From a bacterium (GTDB lineage: Bacteria > UBP15 > UBA6099): a stretch of 64,000 bases of DNA. Below, in pieces: positions 27,575-37,391 of the stretch; the first letter of the stretch is position 1, and every line of letters starts with the position of its first letter. A program made the position numbers and the translations under genes. Below the pieces are notes generated by a model. The model did no database searches and was not told where the DNA came from. It worked only from the letters and a program-made list of their open reading frames with translations. Location of the stretch: NCBI GenBank assembly GCA_029564595.1, contig JAKQPS010000018.1:10159-74158 (forward strand), in the 5' to 3' direction.

Positions 27575-28555
27575 TCAGGGCAACGGCCTCTCGCGTTCTT
27601 CCTTGTTGAGTTTTCTCCAGTTTTCGGCTTCGGCCTTGCCGGCGGTGTTTTCCGGCAGGATGAGGGTTAACGCTTTGTGATGCACCTCGACTTCTATCGG
27701 CGTCATTCCCAATACTTCTCCGTCCACGTGGTAGTACGCGTTCGGGACTGTTTCGATGCGCATTTTCTTGGCTCTCAGGTGGCCGGCGCTGAACTTGTCT
27801 ACGAACCTGTAGTAGTCCCGCCTTCCGCGCGCGAAGTTGATAATCAGTTGTAGAATGCCGATCGGCGACTTGTGCTGCAGAACGCAGACGTCCAAAAACC
27901 CGCTCTTGATCGAAAACTTCGATTTGATTCCGAGAAAACCGTCGAAGCTGGCCGCGTTGCCGACGATGGTGTTGAAGGTGGAGAACGTCACTTCCTTGTC
28001 CTCGTCGATAATAATCTTCATCACCTGACGGCCCTTGTCGAAAGTCTGCCTGAGCGCGGATATCACGTAAGCCAGAACGCCGACATACTTTTTGATTTTG
28101 GGATTGACCTGATAGGCGATCTTCGCCTCGATGCCGATGCCGAGCATCCAGATGTAATATCTTTCGCCCACCCTGCCGACGTCCACGCGGACGGGGATTC
28201 CTTCGAGCACGTTCTTGGTGGCTATCTGGATGTCGGAAGAGATTTTCATCTCTGAGCAGAACACGTTGGTGCTGCCGTTGGGGATGATGCCCATGCGCGC
28301 GCCCGAATGAGCCAGCCCGTTGGTGACTTCGTTTACCGTGCCGTCGCCGCCGGCCGCGACCACCGCATAGTATTCCCCGGTCTTCGCCGCCGCCGCCGCC
28401 AGTTCCGCCGCGTGCATCGCCCGCTCGGTTATCCCGAATACGACTTCTATCCCCGGTTCATGCGTCTTGAACCACTTTTCGATCTCCTGTTTGGAAAAAT
28501 CCAAACCTCTGCGTCCGGCCTTGCCGTTTAACACCACATAGACTTTTCTTCCCAT
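27575..28555 (-). CDS. Diacylglycerol kinase family lipid kinase (YegS/DgkB-like)
   Basis: NGKAG, AAGGDGTVNEV, IPNGSTNVF, VDGE. Confidence 0.9.
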   Translation of the reverse strand: MGRKVYVVLNGKAGRRGLDFSKQEIEKWFKTHEPGIEVVFGITERAMHAAELAAAAAKTGEYYAVVAAGGDGTVNEVTNGLAHSGARMGIIPNGSTNVFCSEMKISSDIQIATKNVLEGIPVRVDVGRVGERYYIWMLGIGIEAKIAYQVNPKIKKYVGVLAYVISALRQTFDKGRQVMKIIIDEDKEVTFSTFNTIVGNAASFDGFLGIKSKFSIKSGFLDVCVLQHKSPIGILQLIINFARGRRDYYRFVDKFSAGHLRAKKMRIETVPNAYYHVDGEVLGMTPIEVEVHHKALTLILPENTAGKAEAENWRKLNKEERERPLP

Positions 28556-28693
28556 GACTCACCTTTCGCTCTGTTTTTTTCGTCGCGAATAGACGATGAA
28601 ACATTCATATAAATACTGTCCTATGGCATTTCAAATTTAAATATACTAATGAAATGGGGATTAAATCAAGTGAAAAATAAATTTTCCGCCGCT

Positions 28694-29653
28694 TCAAAGC
28701 TTGGCGGAGAGCATTCTCAGGGCTTCCATGCTTTCAATCAGGCGTCTGTCGATGATGTAGATTTCGTTTCTGTCCGGATTTTTCAGGCAGTAGCGGTCTC
28801 CGCCCGGAGCGCCAATCGTGAATGTCTTATTTTCGCCGTTCGAGTATCCGAATTCGAGAGAATAGGCAGGGTTGTCCAGACCGCACGAGGCGGCGTCCGA
28901 AGGCCCGGCAAACCCTGCGGCCTCTGAAAATTCCAGCGCCGACATCAGGTCGAGAGCCTCGTTCGCGCACTCTTTTTCCTTCGAGCCGGATATTCTCCAA
29001 TCAAGGCCAGTGACCGACTGTTCTTTCTCCCCGCCGCCGTGTTTTCCTCTTTCGCACGACACCGCAGCCGCGCCGAGCGCGGCCGTGACGCGCCGTATTT
29101 TGTCCCTTTCGAGCGGCTCTGTGAGGCTTTTGTCGCGCAGTCCATCGGCGGTGACTTCCAGACTCTTTATCGTGTAGGATGAAACGAGGTAAACGGAGTC
29201 GCCGCCGGAGCGCGCCGCGTAGAAGTTGCCGCCCACGGGCGCGGCGTCGCCGACAACTATTTTTACGGTTTGACCGCTGTCCAGAGTAATTGCCGCTTCG
29301 AGCCGGGGACTGTCTAGCCCGAACTCTGCGGCGTCTTCCATTTTCCCGGCCACACCCTCGGATTTTATCTCGCGCAGAGCGTCGAGCAACGTTTCGACGG
29401 CGAGTTTGTTAGTCCGCGCGTCCACCGGGCTGGCCAGCCGCCATGAGCCTTTTTTCTTTTCGATTTTCAAAGTCTCGCCGCCGAAAACTATTTCCAATGA
29501 AACTGCTTTTGCGGCGTCAATTTCCGCCACGACCGGTTTTTTCGCTTCGTCCGCGCGCTCTTTCCGAGATGGCCCTCTCTCTATGAAATATACATAAGCC
29601 GCAAGGGCCAGAAAAAGCGCGGCGGCGACTGCTGTCGCGGTGAAGCTCTTCAT
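28694..29653 (-). CDS. DUF4340 domain protein
   Basis: N-terminal TM; two FGLDxP/GLDNP repeats; LRDK; follows GldG-like gene with ATGA overlap. Confidence 0.8.
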   Translation of the reverse strand: MKSFTATAVAAALFLALAAYVYFIERGPSRKERADEAKKPVVAEIDAAKAVSLEIVFGGETLKIEKKKGSWRLASPVDARTNKLAVETLLDALREIKSEGVAGKMEDAAEFGLDSPRLEAAITLDSGQTVKIVVGDAAPVGGNFYAARSGGDSVYLVSSYTIKSLEVTADGLRDKSLTEPLERDKIRRVTAALGAAAVSCERGKHGGGEKEQSVTGLDWRISGSKEKECANEALDLMSALEFSEAAGFAGPSDAASCGLDNPAYSLEFGYSNGENKTFTIGAPGGDRYCLKNPDRNEIYIIDRRLIESMEALRMLSAKL

Positions 29654-31137
29654 TTTGACCGCCTCCTGAACCATATCCAAGCGCCCGTCGCGGCGAGAGC
29701 CAGCGGAATAAGGGCGACGCAGATGATAAACAGACTGCCCCGCTGTTGAGCCGTCATTTCAAGCGGCCTGAAGTCCACCGGGCGCGGCCTTATCACAATC
29801 ATATCTTCCTCGCCCGCCAGCCATGCCGTCGCGTTCATGAAAAGGTCCGCGTTGCCCGTGCCGCCCATAAGCTGCTTGATAATCCCGTCCATAGAAACGA
29901 GAGAATTCGACGGGAAATCCGCGTCGCCGAAAACAACAATTCGAGTCGAGGATTCCATCGCGGGGTCGGAGCCGTCTTCCCCGATTTCATCCTCAGGCGC
30001 GTCTTTTTCGGCAGGTTTCGGCTCTGAGAGTTTTTCCGCCGCCGCGCCGATGGACACCGGCCCTTCCAAGTCTGCCGCCGCGTCGAACGCGGGACGCGCC
30101 GTCTTCAGGTCGGTTTCTCCCCAACCCTTCGAGGTGGTTTTCAACAAAGAAAGCGTCTCTACGCCGTCCCGCGTGGAACCGATGGGCGAAACGCTTCTTG
30201 CCCCTTGAAGAGTGACTGTCAATTTAGATTCGAGCAGTTTCGAGGTTATTTCGTGCGGCGCGAGTTCCGGAATAGGCGCGAGCGGGTCTTCTCCGAAGAA
30301 CCTGCCGGGGTCGATTACCACGTCGTTGCCGACGGAGATGCCCCACTCGGCGAGCAGCGGCTCAAGTCCGGTTTCGACCGCTGGTTCTAGAAGAAAAAGC
30401 GCGCGCCCGCCGTTTGTGAGATATTCCTTTATCGCTTCAATTTCCAGATGCGGGAACATCTTCCGTGGCCCTAGAACGCCTATCGCCGCGCATTCGCCGG
30501 GAACCTTCTTGTCCACCGCCATATTTATCGTCTTGACTATGAAATTTTCGCCTTCCAGCATCCCCCCGACCGCGCCGTAGTCCCCGCCCCCGGAGCCGTC
30601 TATGCCACCTTCTCCGTGCCCTTCGACGAAACAAATCGTCTTCTGCTCATTTGATGTCAGCGCTATGACCGCGTTCGTGAACGCCTGTTCGCCGGAAAAC
30701 TCCGGCGGCGTCTCGCCTCCGTAAGGGTCGTAGCTGAACTTAAAAATATCCGACATGCCGACGTTCTTTTTTTTGTCGCCCGCGATGAACACCACGCCGT
30801 AGTCCGACACATTCAGTTTTCTGGCTTCCGCAGGCCGCGCGGCTGGGTCTATCATCTCGAACGTAAACTTTGGCGACACCCTCGAATACTCCTTCAAAAT
30901 GTCTTCTATCATCGACGCGGGTATCGAACCTGTCTCAAAAAACGCCTTCGCCTCGACATCCGATTCGAGCGTGCGAAGAACCGCCGTCGTCTTGTCCGAA
31001 AGCGTGTTCAGCCCCATCTCGGAGAAATCTTTCCTGACGGGATTGCGGGCCGCCACGTAATAAGCCATAAAAGCGATGCCCACCGCCAGAAAAGTCAGAA
31101 CCGCGGAATTTATTCTATTCAGAGACCTTTTTTTCAC
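29650..31137 (-). CDS. GldG-family ABC-type uncharacterised transport auxiliary component
   Basis: TLSDKT, GEQAFTNA, FVEGHGE, GDADF, GNADLFMN, IRPR, terminal TM; GTG start after AGGAGG. Confidence 0.85.
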   Translation of the reverse strand: MKKRSLNRINSAVLTFLAVGIAFMAYYVAARNPVRKDFSEMGLNTLSDKTTAVLRTLESDVEAKAFFETGSIPASMIEDILKEYSRVSPKFTFEMIDPAARPAEARKLNVSDYGVVFIAGDKKKNVGMSDIFKFSYDPYGGETPPEFSGEQAFTNAVIALTSNEQKTICFVEGHGEGGIDGSGGGDYGAVGGMLEGENFIVKTINMAVDKKVPGECAAIGVLGPRKMFPHLEIEAIKEYLTNGGRALFLLEPAVETGLEPLLAEWGISVGNDVVIDPGRFFGEDPLAPIPELAPHEITSKLLESKLTVTLQGARSVSPIGSTRDGVETLSLLKTTSKGWGETDLKTARPAFDAAADLEGPVSIGAAAEKLSEPKPAEKDAPEDEIGEDGSDPAMESSTRIVVFGDADFPSNSLVSMDGIIKQLMGGTGNADLFMNATAWLAGEEDMIVIRPRPVDFRPLEMTAQQRGSLFIICVALIPLALAATGAWIWFRRRSK

Positions 31138-31150
31138 TGTATCGGCCCTC

Positions 31151-31897
31151 CTAAAATCTCTTCGAATCAAGCCTTCTCGCCGTGAAGAAAAGGAAGAGAA
31201 GGATGAACGCGACGTAATAGACGACGTGGGTAGAGTCGATGACGCCCTTTTCGAAATCGAAATAATGGTCGAGAACGCCCGCCGCTTCGAGCACGGAAGA
31301 GAGAGCCTTGGCGACCGCCTCCGCCGCCGCCGAGCCTGTGAAGCTGGCGGCCAGCGCGTCCACCGCGCTCTGCGCGGCCCTAATGACAATCAGCAACAGA
31401 GCCAACCCGAAGGCCGACACCGCCGCCGCCGGCTGGCTTCGCGTCAGCGACGAGCAGTAAACCCCAAGCGACGCCAGCGCCCCGGACAGCAGTAAAAGCC
31501 CGGCATACCCCGTCAGCGCGGGTCCCCAGTCCGGGTCGCCGTATATCCCGATTATCAGCGCGTACTGGCCGGACAGCGCGATTATCGCCCCCGCCAGAGC
31601 CATGACCGCCATGAACTTCCCCGCCACCAACTGCCCGGACGTCACCGGCGACGTCATCAGAAGCTCGTCCGTGCCGGACGCGAATTCCTCCGCGAACGAC
31701 CTCATAGTCAGAAACGGCATGATGAAGATAAGCATTGTGGCTATCAGCCCGAACGCGCCTCTCATGCTCGCCTCTTCCATGCCTGCCACGAGCAGGAATG
31801 ACGACACGCAGAAAAACACAGCCATGACGACGTACGCGAGCGGCGACATGAAAAGCGATTTGACATCTTTTTTGAATATATAGTAAGCGTTACTCAT
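31151..31897 (-). CDS. ABC-2 permease (GldF-like)
   Basis: SPLAYV, TMRSFAEE..SGTDELLMTSPV, GKF; multi-TM. Confidence 0.88.
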   Translation of the reverse strand: MSNAYYIFKKDVKSLFMSPLAYVVMAVFFCVSSFLLVAGMEEASMRGAFGLIATMLIFIMPFLTMRSFAEEFASGTDELLMTSPVTSGQLVAGKFMAVMALAGAIIALSGQYALIIGIYGDPDWGPALTGYAGLLLLSGALASLGVYCSSLTRSQPAAAVSAFGLALLLIVIRAAQSAVDALAASFTGSAAAEAVAKALSSVLEAAGVLDHYFDFEKGVIDSTHVVYYVAFILLFLFFTARRLDSKRF

Positions 31898-32846
31898 CGC
31901 TTGATGCCTCCTCGTCGGCGGTCAGTTTGATGAAGACGTCTTCCAAAGAAATGGAGTCGCGGGACAGTTCGAGCAGAGTCCATCCGGAAGCTGCGGTCTT
32001 GTGAAAAATAGAGCCGCGAGCGTCGAACCCCGCGCGGCAGGAGACGGTGAAACGCTCCGAACCCGGAGCGACCTCCGACGCCGGCTCAACACCATCTACC
32101 CCGTCGATGGACATGAACGCTTGCGCGGCCTCGCCGGGCTTTGCCCCGGCGACCTCCACTGTCAGCGCGTCGCCGCCCCTGAGACGCCGCGCGAGGCCCT
32201 CCTGCGTGTCCACCGCCGCCACCCTGCCCTCGTTCAATATCACCACCCTGTCGCACGTCGCGCTAACTTCGGTCAATATGTGCGAGCTTAACAGTATCGT
32301 GTTCGTCTCGCTCAGTTCCTTAATCAGGTTTCGTATCTCGATTATCTGGTTTGGGTCCAGCCCGACCGTCGGCTCGTCCAATATGAGAACATCCGGGTTG
32401 TGAATCATCGCCTGAGCCAGCCCGACCCTCTGCCGGTAGCCCTTTGAAATGTTCCTTATCAGCCTCCCGGCCACATCCGCGACGCCTGTGCGCTCCATAA
32501 CTTCGTCCGCTCGGGATGCGCGCGACTGTTTCGGAACTCCTTTTATCTCCGAAGCGAACAAAAGGTAGGACTTGACTGTCATATCGTTGTAGAGGGGAGG
32601 GATTTCGGGCAGATAACCGAGACGGCGTTTCACAGCGACGGGAGATTCGGCGATATCCATGCCGTCCAGCAGGACGCTCCCGCCGTCGGCGGGCAGATAG
32701 CCCGCCATGATCCGCATCAGAGTGGTCTTTCCGGCGGCATTGGGGCCGAGCAAGCCGAGCGCTTCGCCCTTTTCGAGCCGGAACGACACCCCGTCAACCG
32801 CCCGCAGGCCGCCGTAGTTCTTTGTGACGTTCTTTACTTCCAGCAT
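31890..32846 (-). CDS. ABC transporter ATP-binding protein (GldA-like)
   Basis: GPNAAGKTT, SKGYRQRVGLAQA, LDEPTVGLDP, SSH. Confidence 0.93.
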   Translation of the reverse strand: MLEVKNVTKNYGGLRAVDGVSFRLEKGEALGLLGPNAAGKTTLMRIMAGYLPADGGSVLLDGMDIAESPVAVKRRLGYLPEIPPLYNDMTVKSYLLFASEIKGVPKQSRASRADEVMERTGVADVAGRLIRNISKGYRQRVGLAQAMIHNPDVLILDEPTVGLDPNQIIEIRNLIKELSETNTILLSSHILTEVSATCDRVVILNEGRVAAVDTQEGLARRLRGGDALTVEVAGAKPGEAAQAFMSIDGVDGVEPASEVAPGSERFTVSCRAGFDARGSIFHKTAASGWTLLELSRDSISLEDVFIKLTADEEASSDE

Positions 32847-33100
32847 GGCCTTCCTCCGTCAAATCTATGAAAAACACATCGAAAATAATTTGCGCCAAAC
32901 ACTCCGTCAAAAAACCGACGGATGGAATTATAGCCGAACGCGCCGGAAATATTCCCTGCCCTTCATCATTTTTTGCTCCTTCGCTCCCGCCTGCGCGCCG
33001 CTTTTTCAATTCTCTTTCGACAGTTTTCGCTGTCAACTTGTTCCGAACGCTTAAAATTTTGCGGCTTTTTCACTATAATATTTTGCGATAAGCAAGGAGA

Positions 33101-33799
33101 ATGATTATGAAAAAACGTCTGATTTGTCTGGGCCTCGTTGTGATTTTCTCCGTAGTCGGACTTTATTCAGCCATTCATCTGGCGGAAATACACTATAAAA
33201 AACCGCATCATCAGTTGATGCTCATAGACACGCTGCCGTTCATGGAAAAGTGGTATCCGAGGGATCAGGTGGAGTCGGCGGTGAAAAGTCTGGAAGTTCT
33301 TGCGGACGTTAACACGATAAACCCGTTCGACAACCCGGATTTTGACCCATACGCCGCCGCTATGAACGCGCCTGCGGCGACAGAGAAGTTCGTCCCGCAG
33401 GAATCCTGCGACATTTCGGAAGCGATAAGCTGCACAAAAGTGGACGACAGCGATTATTCAAAAATCGCGGGGCTGGCTGTGAGCGCGTATGGAATAATCG
33501 GTTACATCCTTCTCATCGGCCTTGTCATAATCCACGCCGCGCGCCGCATATCAAGGTCGGACGTTTTTGTCTTCATGCTTTGGGTGGGCGCATGGCTCGG
33601 CATTTTGTTCTCGATATATCTGACCGTCGTCGAAGCCTTCTTCATCAAGAGTTTCTGCCCGTACTGCTTGGTGTCCGCAGCGGTCATGCTCGGCATTTTC
33701 ATCTGCATGATAGCGGGATTCGGCTTTGAGCCTTTGAGGATGTTCCTTCGCGGAGAAATATTCCCGACATCCCTGTTCATCAAGAAAAAACAAAGCTGA
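33101..33799 (+). CDS. Vitamin K epoxide reductase (VKOR) family protein
   Basis: Loop Cys pair CDISEAISC, YSKIAG, active-site CPYC, four TM segments. Confidence 0.88.
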   Translation: MIMKKRLICLGLVVIFSVVGLYSAIHLAEIHYKKPHHQLMLIDTLPFMEKWYPRDQVESAVKSLEVLADVNTINPFDNPDFDPYAAAMNAPAATEKFVPQESCDISEAISCTKVDDSDYSKIAGLAVSAYGIIGYILLIGLVIIHAARRISRSDVFVFMLWVGAWLGILFSIYLTVVEAFFIKSFCPYCLVSAAVMLGIFICMIAGFGFEPLRMFLRGEIFPTSLFIKKKQS

Positions 33800-34069
33800 A
33801 AACGCGCCCGGCAATTCATCGCTTGTGTCAGCAATAAATCAATACAACAGAAGCCGATTTTGCGAGAACGAAGTTCCGAAAATCGGCGACCAAACGTTTT
33901 TTGGGAAGGGGCGCAGGGAAACCAATTTTTTGCAAAAAAATGGTTTCCCCGCACAAATATTTAAAAAATCTTTAAGCTCCCGCATCAACAATAATGACCG
34001 GGCGATTGATTTTTTCCTTCCATGACTTCAAAATGAGACTGCCATAAAGAATCGGAGCGGGCGGCCCTT

Positions 34070-35737
34070 ATGTCAAATTTCCACGGCAGTTTCATCCTCG
34101 TGCTGCACACCCACCTTCCGTGGGTTATGTACCATGAAGATTTGCAGGAAGGCTGGCTCATGGAAGCCGTCGCCGAAACGTACATCCCTCAGTTGCTGTC
34201 TCTTCGGCGGCTGGTGGCCGAAGGCATTTCTCCAAAAATCACCTATACAATGTCTCCCGTCCTCGTTGAGCAGTTAAAGCTCGACCATTTCAAAGAGAGG
34301 TTCAAAACATACTGCCAATCCAAGATAGATGCCGCCAGAAACGACCGCGAGAACTTCAAGTCCAATTCCGAGCCGCATCTGGCATATCTTGCCTCCCGGT
34401 GGGAAGAATACTACTCGGCGACGCTTGAGACATTCACGAAAGAGTTTGCCGAAGACATCCCCGGAGCGTTCAAAGCGCTGAAGGACGCCGGGCATATCGA
34501 ACTGATGACGTGCGGAGCGACGCACATGTATTTTCCCGCCGCCTCCGAGGACACTTCTATTCAGGCTCAGGTGCGCACGGCGGTAGAGTCTCACGTGGTG
34601 AGCTTCGGTTCCCAGCCGAAAGGCATGTGGCTGCCCGAATGCGGCTATCGGCCCGCCTGCAAGTGGGGGCCGCCCGTCGGCTCCAGATTCGGCGAAATTC
34701 CCTACTCACGCAAGGGCGTCGAAGAGTTCCTCAGCGAGGCCGACCTGAACTACTTCATCATCGACAACCACCAGTTGATGAAGGCGCACCCGTCAGATTA
34801 CGTCAAAGACCCCTTCTTTGCGTACAGAGCCGCCGGCGCTCAGACACCCAAACAGCCCGTCTCCGTTTTCGCGCGCGACATACAGCTTTCACTTCAGGTA
34901 TGGCGGCACGAAGTCGGTTACCCCGGCGACGGCTCATACCTCGATTTCCACAAAAAACACTCCGACGGCCGCCTTCGCTACTGGAAAATCACCCACACCA
35001 AAGCGGACATGGCGTACAAAGACTACTATTACCCCGACGACGCCCTCGACCAGAAAGTAATCGAACACGCCGGACACTACAAAAAACTCATCGCCGACAG
35101 CCTCAAGACTCATTACGACCACACCGGAACCGCCTCTATGGTCCTCACCGCTTTCGACACCGAACTGTTCGGCCACTGGTGGTTTGAGGGGCCTCAGTTC
35201 CTCTATAACGTCATTAAGTGGATTAACAGCGACCCGGAAATCCGGACGGAGACCTGCTCTGAATACCTCGCCAGAATGGAATCGAAGGCGGACGTCTATC
35301 TGCCCGAATCCTCTTGGGGAGCCGGATACGACTCGTCAACTTGGATAAACGAGAAAATCGCTTGGATAATCGACCGCGAATGCGACGCCGAACGGGATAT
35401 GCAGAATCTTGCCCGCGAGTTTTTCCACACCACCGACGAGGAACTTATCAAAATCCTAAAACAGTGCGCGCGCGAGATGATGCTGCTTTCTTCCTCCGAC
35501 TGGAAGTTCATGATAACCAATAGCAGCGCGGCAGACCACGCCGAACGCCGCGTCGGCCAACACCATTCGGATTTCAAACGTCTTGCGGCTATGGCGCGCG
35601 GCTACGGGCGCGGAGACACGCTCTCTCAGGAAGACTGGTATTTCCTCGGAGACTGCATGGCGCGCAACCGGCTGTTCCCCGGCGTGGATTTCAAATGGTT
35701 CGCGAACCCGGCTTTCCCGGCGGTCGACTGCGGTTAA
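34070..35737 (+). CDS. GH57 1,4-alpha-glucan branching enzyme (DUF1957)
   Basis: LHTHLP, ETYIP, WLPEC, FDTELFGHWWFEGP, ESSWG, SSDW. Confidence 0.93.
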   Translation: MSNFHGSFILVLHTHLPWVMYHEDLQEGWLMEAVAETYIPQLLSLRRLVAEGISPKITYTMSPVLVEQLKLDHFKERFKTYCQSKIDAARNDRENFKSNSEPHLAYLASRWEEYYSATLETFTKEFAEDIPGAFKALKDAGHIELMTCGATHMYFPAASEDTSIQAQVRTAVESHVVSFGSQPKGMWLPECGYRPACKWGPPVGSRFGEIPYSRKGVEEFLSEADLNYFIIDNHQLMKAHPSDYVKDPFFAYRAAGAQTPKQPVSVFARDIQLSLQVWRHEVGYPGDGSYLDFHKKHSDGRLRYWKITHTKADMAYKDYYYPDDALDQKVIEHAGHYKKLIADSLKTHYDHTGTASMVLTAFDTELFGHWWFEGPQFLYNVIKWINSDPEIRTETCSEYLARMESKADVYLPESSWGAGYDSSTWINEKIAWIIDRECDAERDMQNLAREFFHTTDEELIKILKQCAREMMLLSSSDWKFMITNSSAADHAERRVGQHHSDFKRLAAMARGYGRGDTLSQEDWYFLGDCMARNRLFPGVDFKWFANPAFPAVDCG

Positions 35738-35888
35738 TTCCGCTTCGCCCGCCCCATCGGCAAGCTTTCTTGCTCGCCTAAATTATAAAATTTCTTATCG
35801 TCGTTGTTATTCATGCGCTGTTAAAAAATTGACGCTCATTCCCCGAACGGCGAAAAACGTGCACAGTCACAATGCGTTTCTGTCGTTA

Positions 35889-35970
35889 ATTCGTAGGGGC
35901 GACCCGCTGGGTCGCCCGGATAGGATGGCAATTTCTGAAGAGGGCGCCCCATCGGGTCGCCCCTACGAAT
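35889..35970. repeat. Inverted pair of GTAG-family REP-like palindromes
   Basis: ATTCGTAGGGGCGACCCGCTGGGTCGCCC ... GGGCGCCCCATCGGGTCGCCCCTACGAAT. Confidence 0.8.
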
Positions 35971-36212
35971 AATGTTTTTGTTATCATTTATCCCGGTCCT
36001 AGGAAAATTGGGACATTCAGCGCGGCTTCTTCTCGATGAGTGGCCCCATTTTCCTCTCCCCCGCTTTTTTTTACTCGTTCATTCTTCCCAATACTAAGAA
36101 AAAACAGGCTTGTCCAGTGGTTTTTCAGCCCGAAATGGCGTTTTTTTATGTTTTAGGTTATATTCATCCGATGAAAAAAGGATATTATATATAAAATATT
36201 GAATGGACGGTT

Positions 36213-37391
36213 ATGCCTGTAAGAGTCATTCACACTGCTGATATACATTTGGGACGCCGGTTCCCCAGCCTCGACAGCGAGGCGGAAAAACTCCGCGCGG
36301 CGGATGTTGTTAATGTTTTCAATGAGCTGGCCGACTACGTAATCAAGAACAAAATCAACATCCTCATGATAGCCGGCAGCCTGTTCGACAAGATGCATCC
36401 CAACCGGGAGACGGTTTCCACCGCCCTTTCTGCGTTCGGGCGCATCCACGAAGCGATGCCTTCTACCCGCATCGTTCTCACCCCCGGACAGGAGGAACTA
36501 GTGGCGGAGAAAGACGGCAGCTCGGACTGCGCCCTGTCGATATTCGACCACCTTTCATACGTGAAAGTGATGGGGACGACCGAAGACCCGGAAAAAGTTG
36601 TGTTCGAGTTCGAAGGTCAGAAAGTCATGATAGCGTCCAGCCAAGCGGCGTTCTTCTTCAGCGAGGCGTTCAGCCGCAGGCGCATCCCTCTTCCGAGGGA
36701 CGCGGCGGGCATCTTCCTCATGTGCGCCTACTCCCGCAGACAGGGCCTCATCAACATCGAAGACGACCTCCTCAGGGAACGGGTACTAGACCCGCTTCGC
36801 GACCGGGGCTATCAATACGCCGCCCTCGGACACAAAAATAAATTCCAGACCCTTACCGCCGGAGACTTCACCGCCATTTACCCCGGCAGCCTCGAACGCT
36901 TCAATTACGAGCTTGACAGGGAACGGAAGTTCTTCGTGCAGTTCGAGGTGTCCGGCGGAAAGATTCAGCCGCCGACGCCCGTGCGCTCGTCCGCGCGCCC
37001 TCTCGAATATGTCAGCCTCACCTTCAGCGCGGGCGATGCCGATATCGCTAAATCCCTCGAAGACACTCTCCGCCGCGCTAAAAAAGAGAAGGCTCTTCAC
37101 ATCATCCTCAACGGACAGATAAGCCTCGCCGAATTTAACTCATTCATGAAGGGCGAGACGTTGAAGAAACTACGGGAGCAGTTCGCGTTCGTACACGTGG
37201 AAAACCGGCTGGCGCTGGTGGACGCGGGAGAGGAATACCGTTTCGACGCTCTCCGCGTGAACTCTCCGGCGCAGGAGTTTGAAAGATACGTCGAACGGGA
37301 AATCGCCGCCGCTCAGGACAGGGGCGACGAGGTCAGACTGCTTAAAGAACTGCTCGAAATGGGAGTCAAGGAGATCGAGGAAGGCCTGTGA
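36213..37391 (+). CDS. SbcD/Mre11-like metallophosphoesterase with degenerate active-site motifs
   Basis: HTADIHLG, YAALGH, YPGSLE; but AGSLFD and PGQEE replace AGDLFD and PGNHD. Confidence 0.82.
   Translation: MPVRVIHTADIHLGRRFPSLDSEAEKLRAADVVNVFNELADYVIKNKINILMIAGSLFDKMHPNRETVSTALSAFGRIHEAMPSTRIVLTPGQEELVAEKDGSSDCALSIFDHLSYVKVMGTTEDPEKVVFEFEGQKVMIASSQAAFFFSEAFSRRRIPLPRDAAGIFLMCAYSRRQGLINIEDDLLRERVLDPLRDRGYQYAALGHKNKFQTLTAGDFTAIYPGSLERFNYELDRERKFFVQFEVSGGKIQPPTPVRSSARPLEYVSLTFSAGDADIAKSLEDTLRRAKKEKALHIILNGQISLAEFNSFMKGETLKKLREQFAFVHVENRLALVDAGEEYRFDALRVNSPAQEFERYVEREIAAAQDRGDEVRLLKELLEMGVKEIEEGL

Noticed and set aside
29650-32846. Evidence of Bacteroidota-type gliding motility
   Set aside because: GldA/F/G-like ABC systems with DUF4340 are widespread in non-gliding bacteria; no gldKLMN here.
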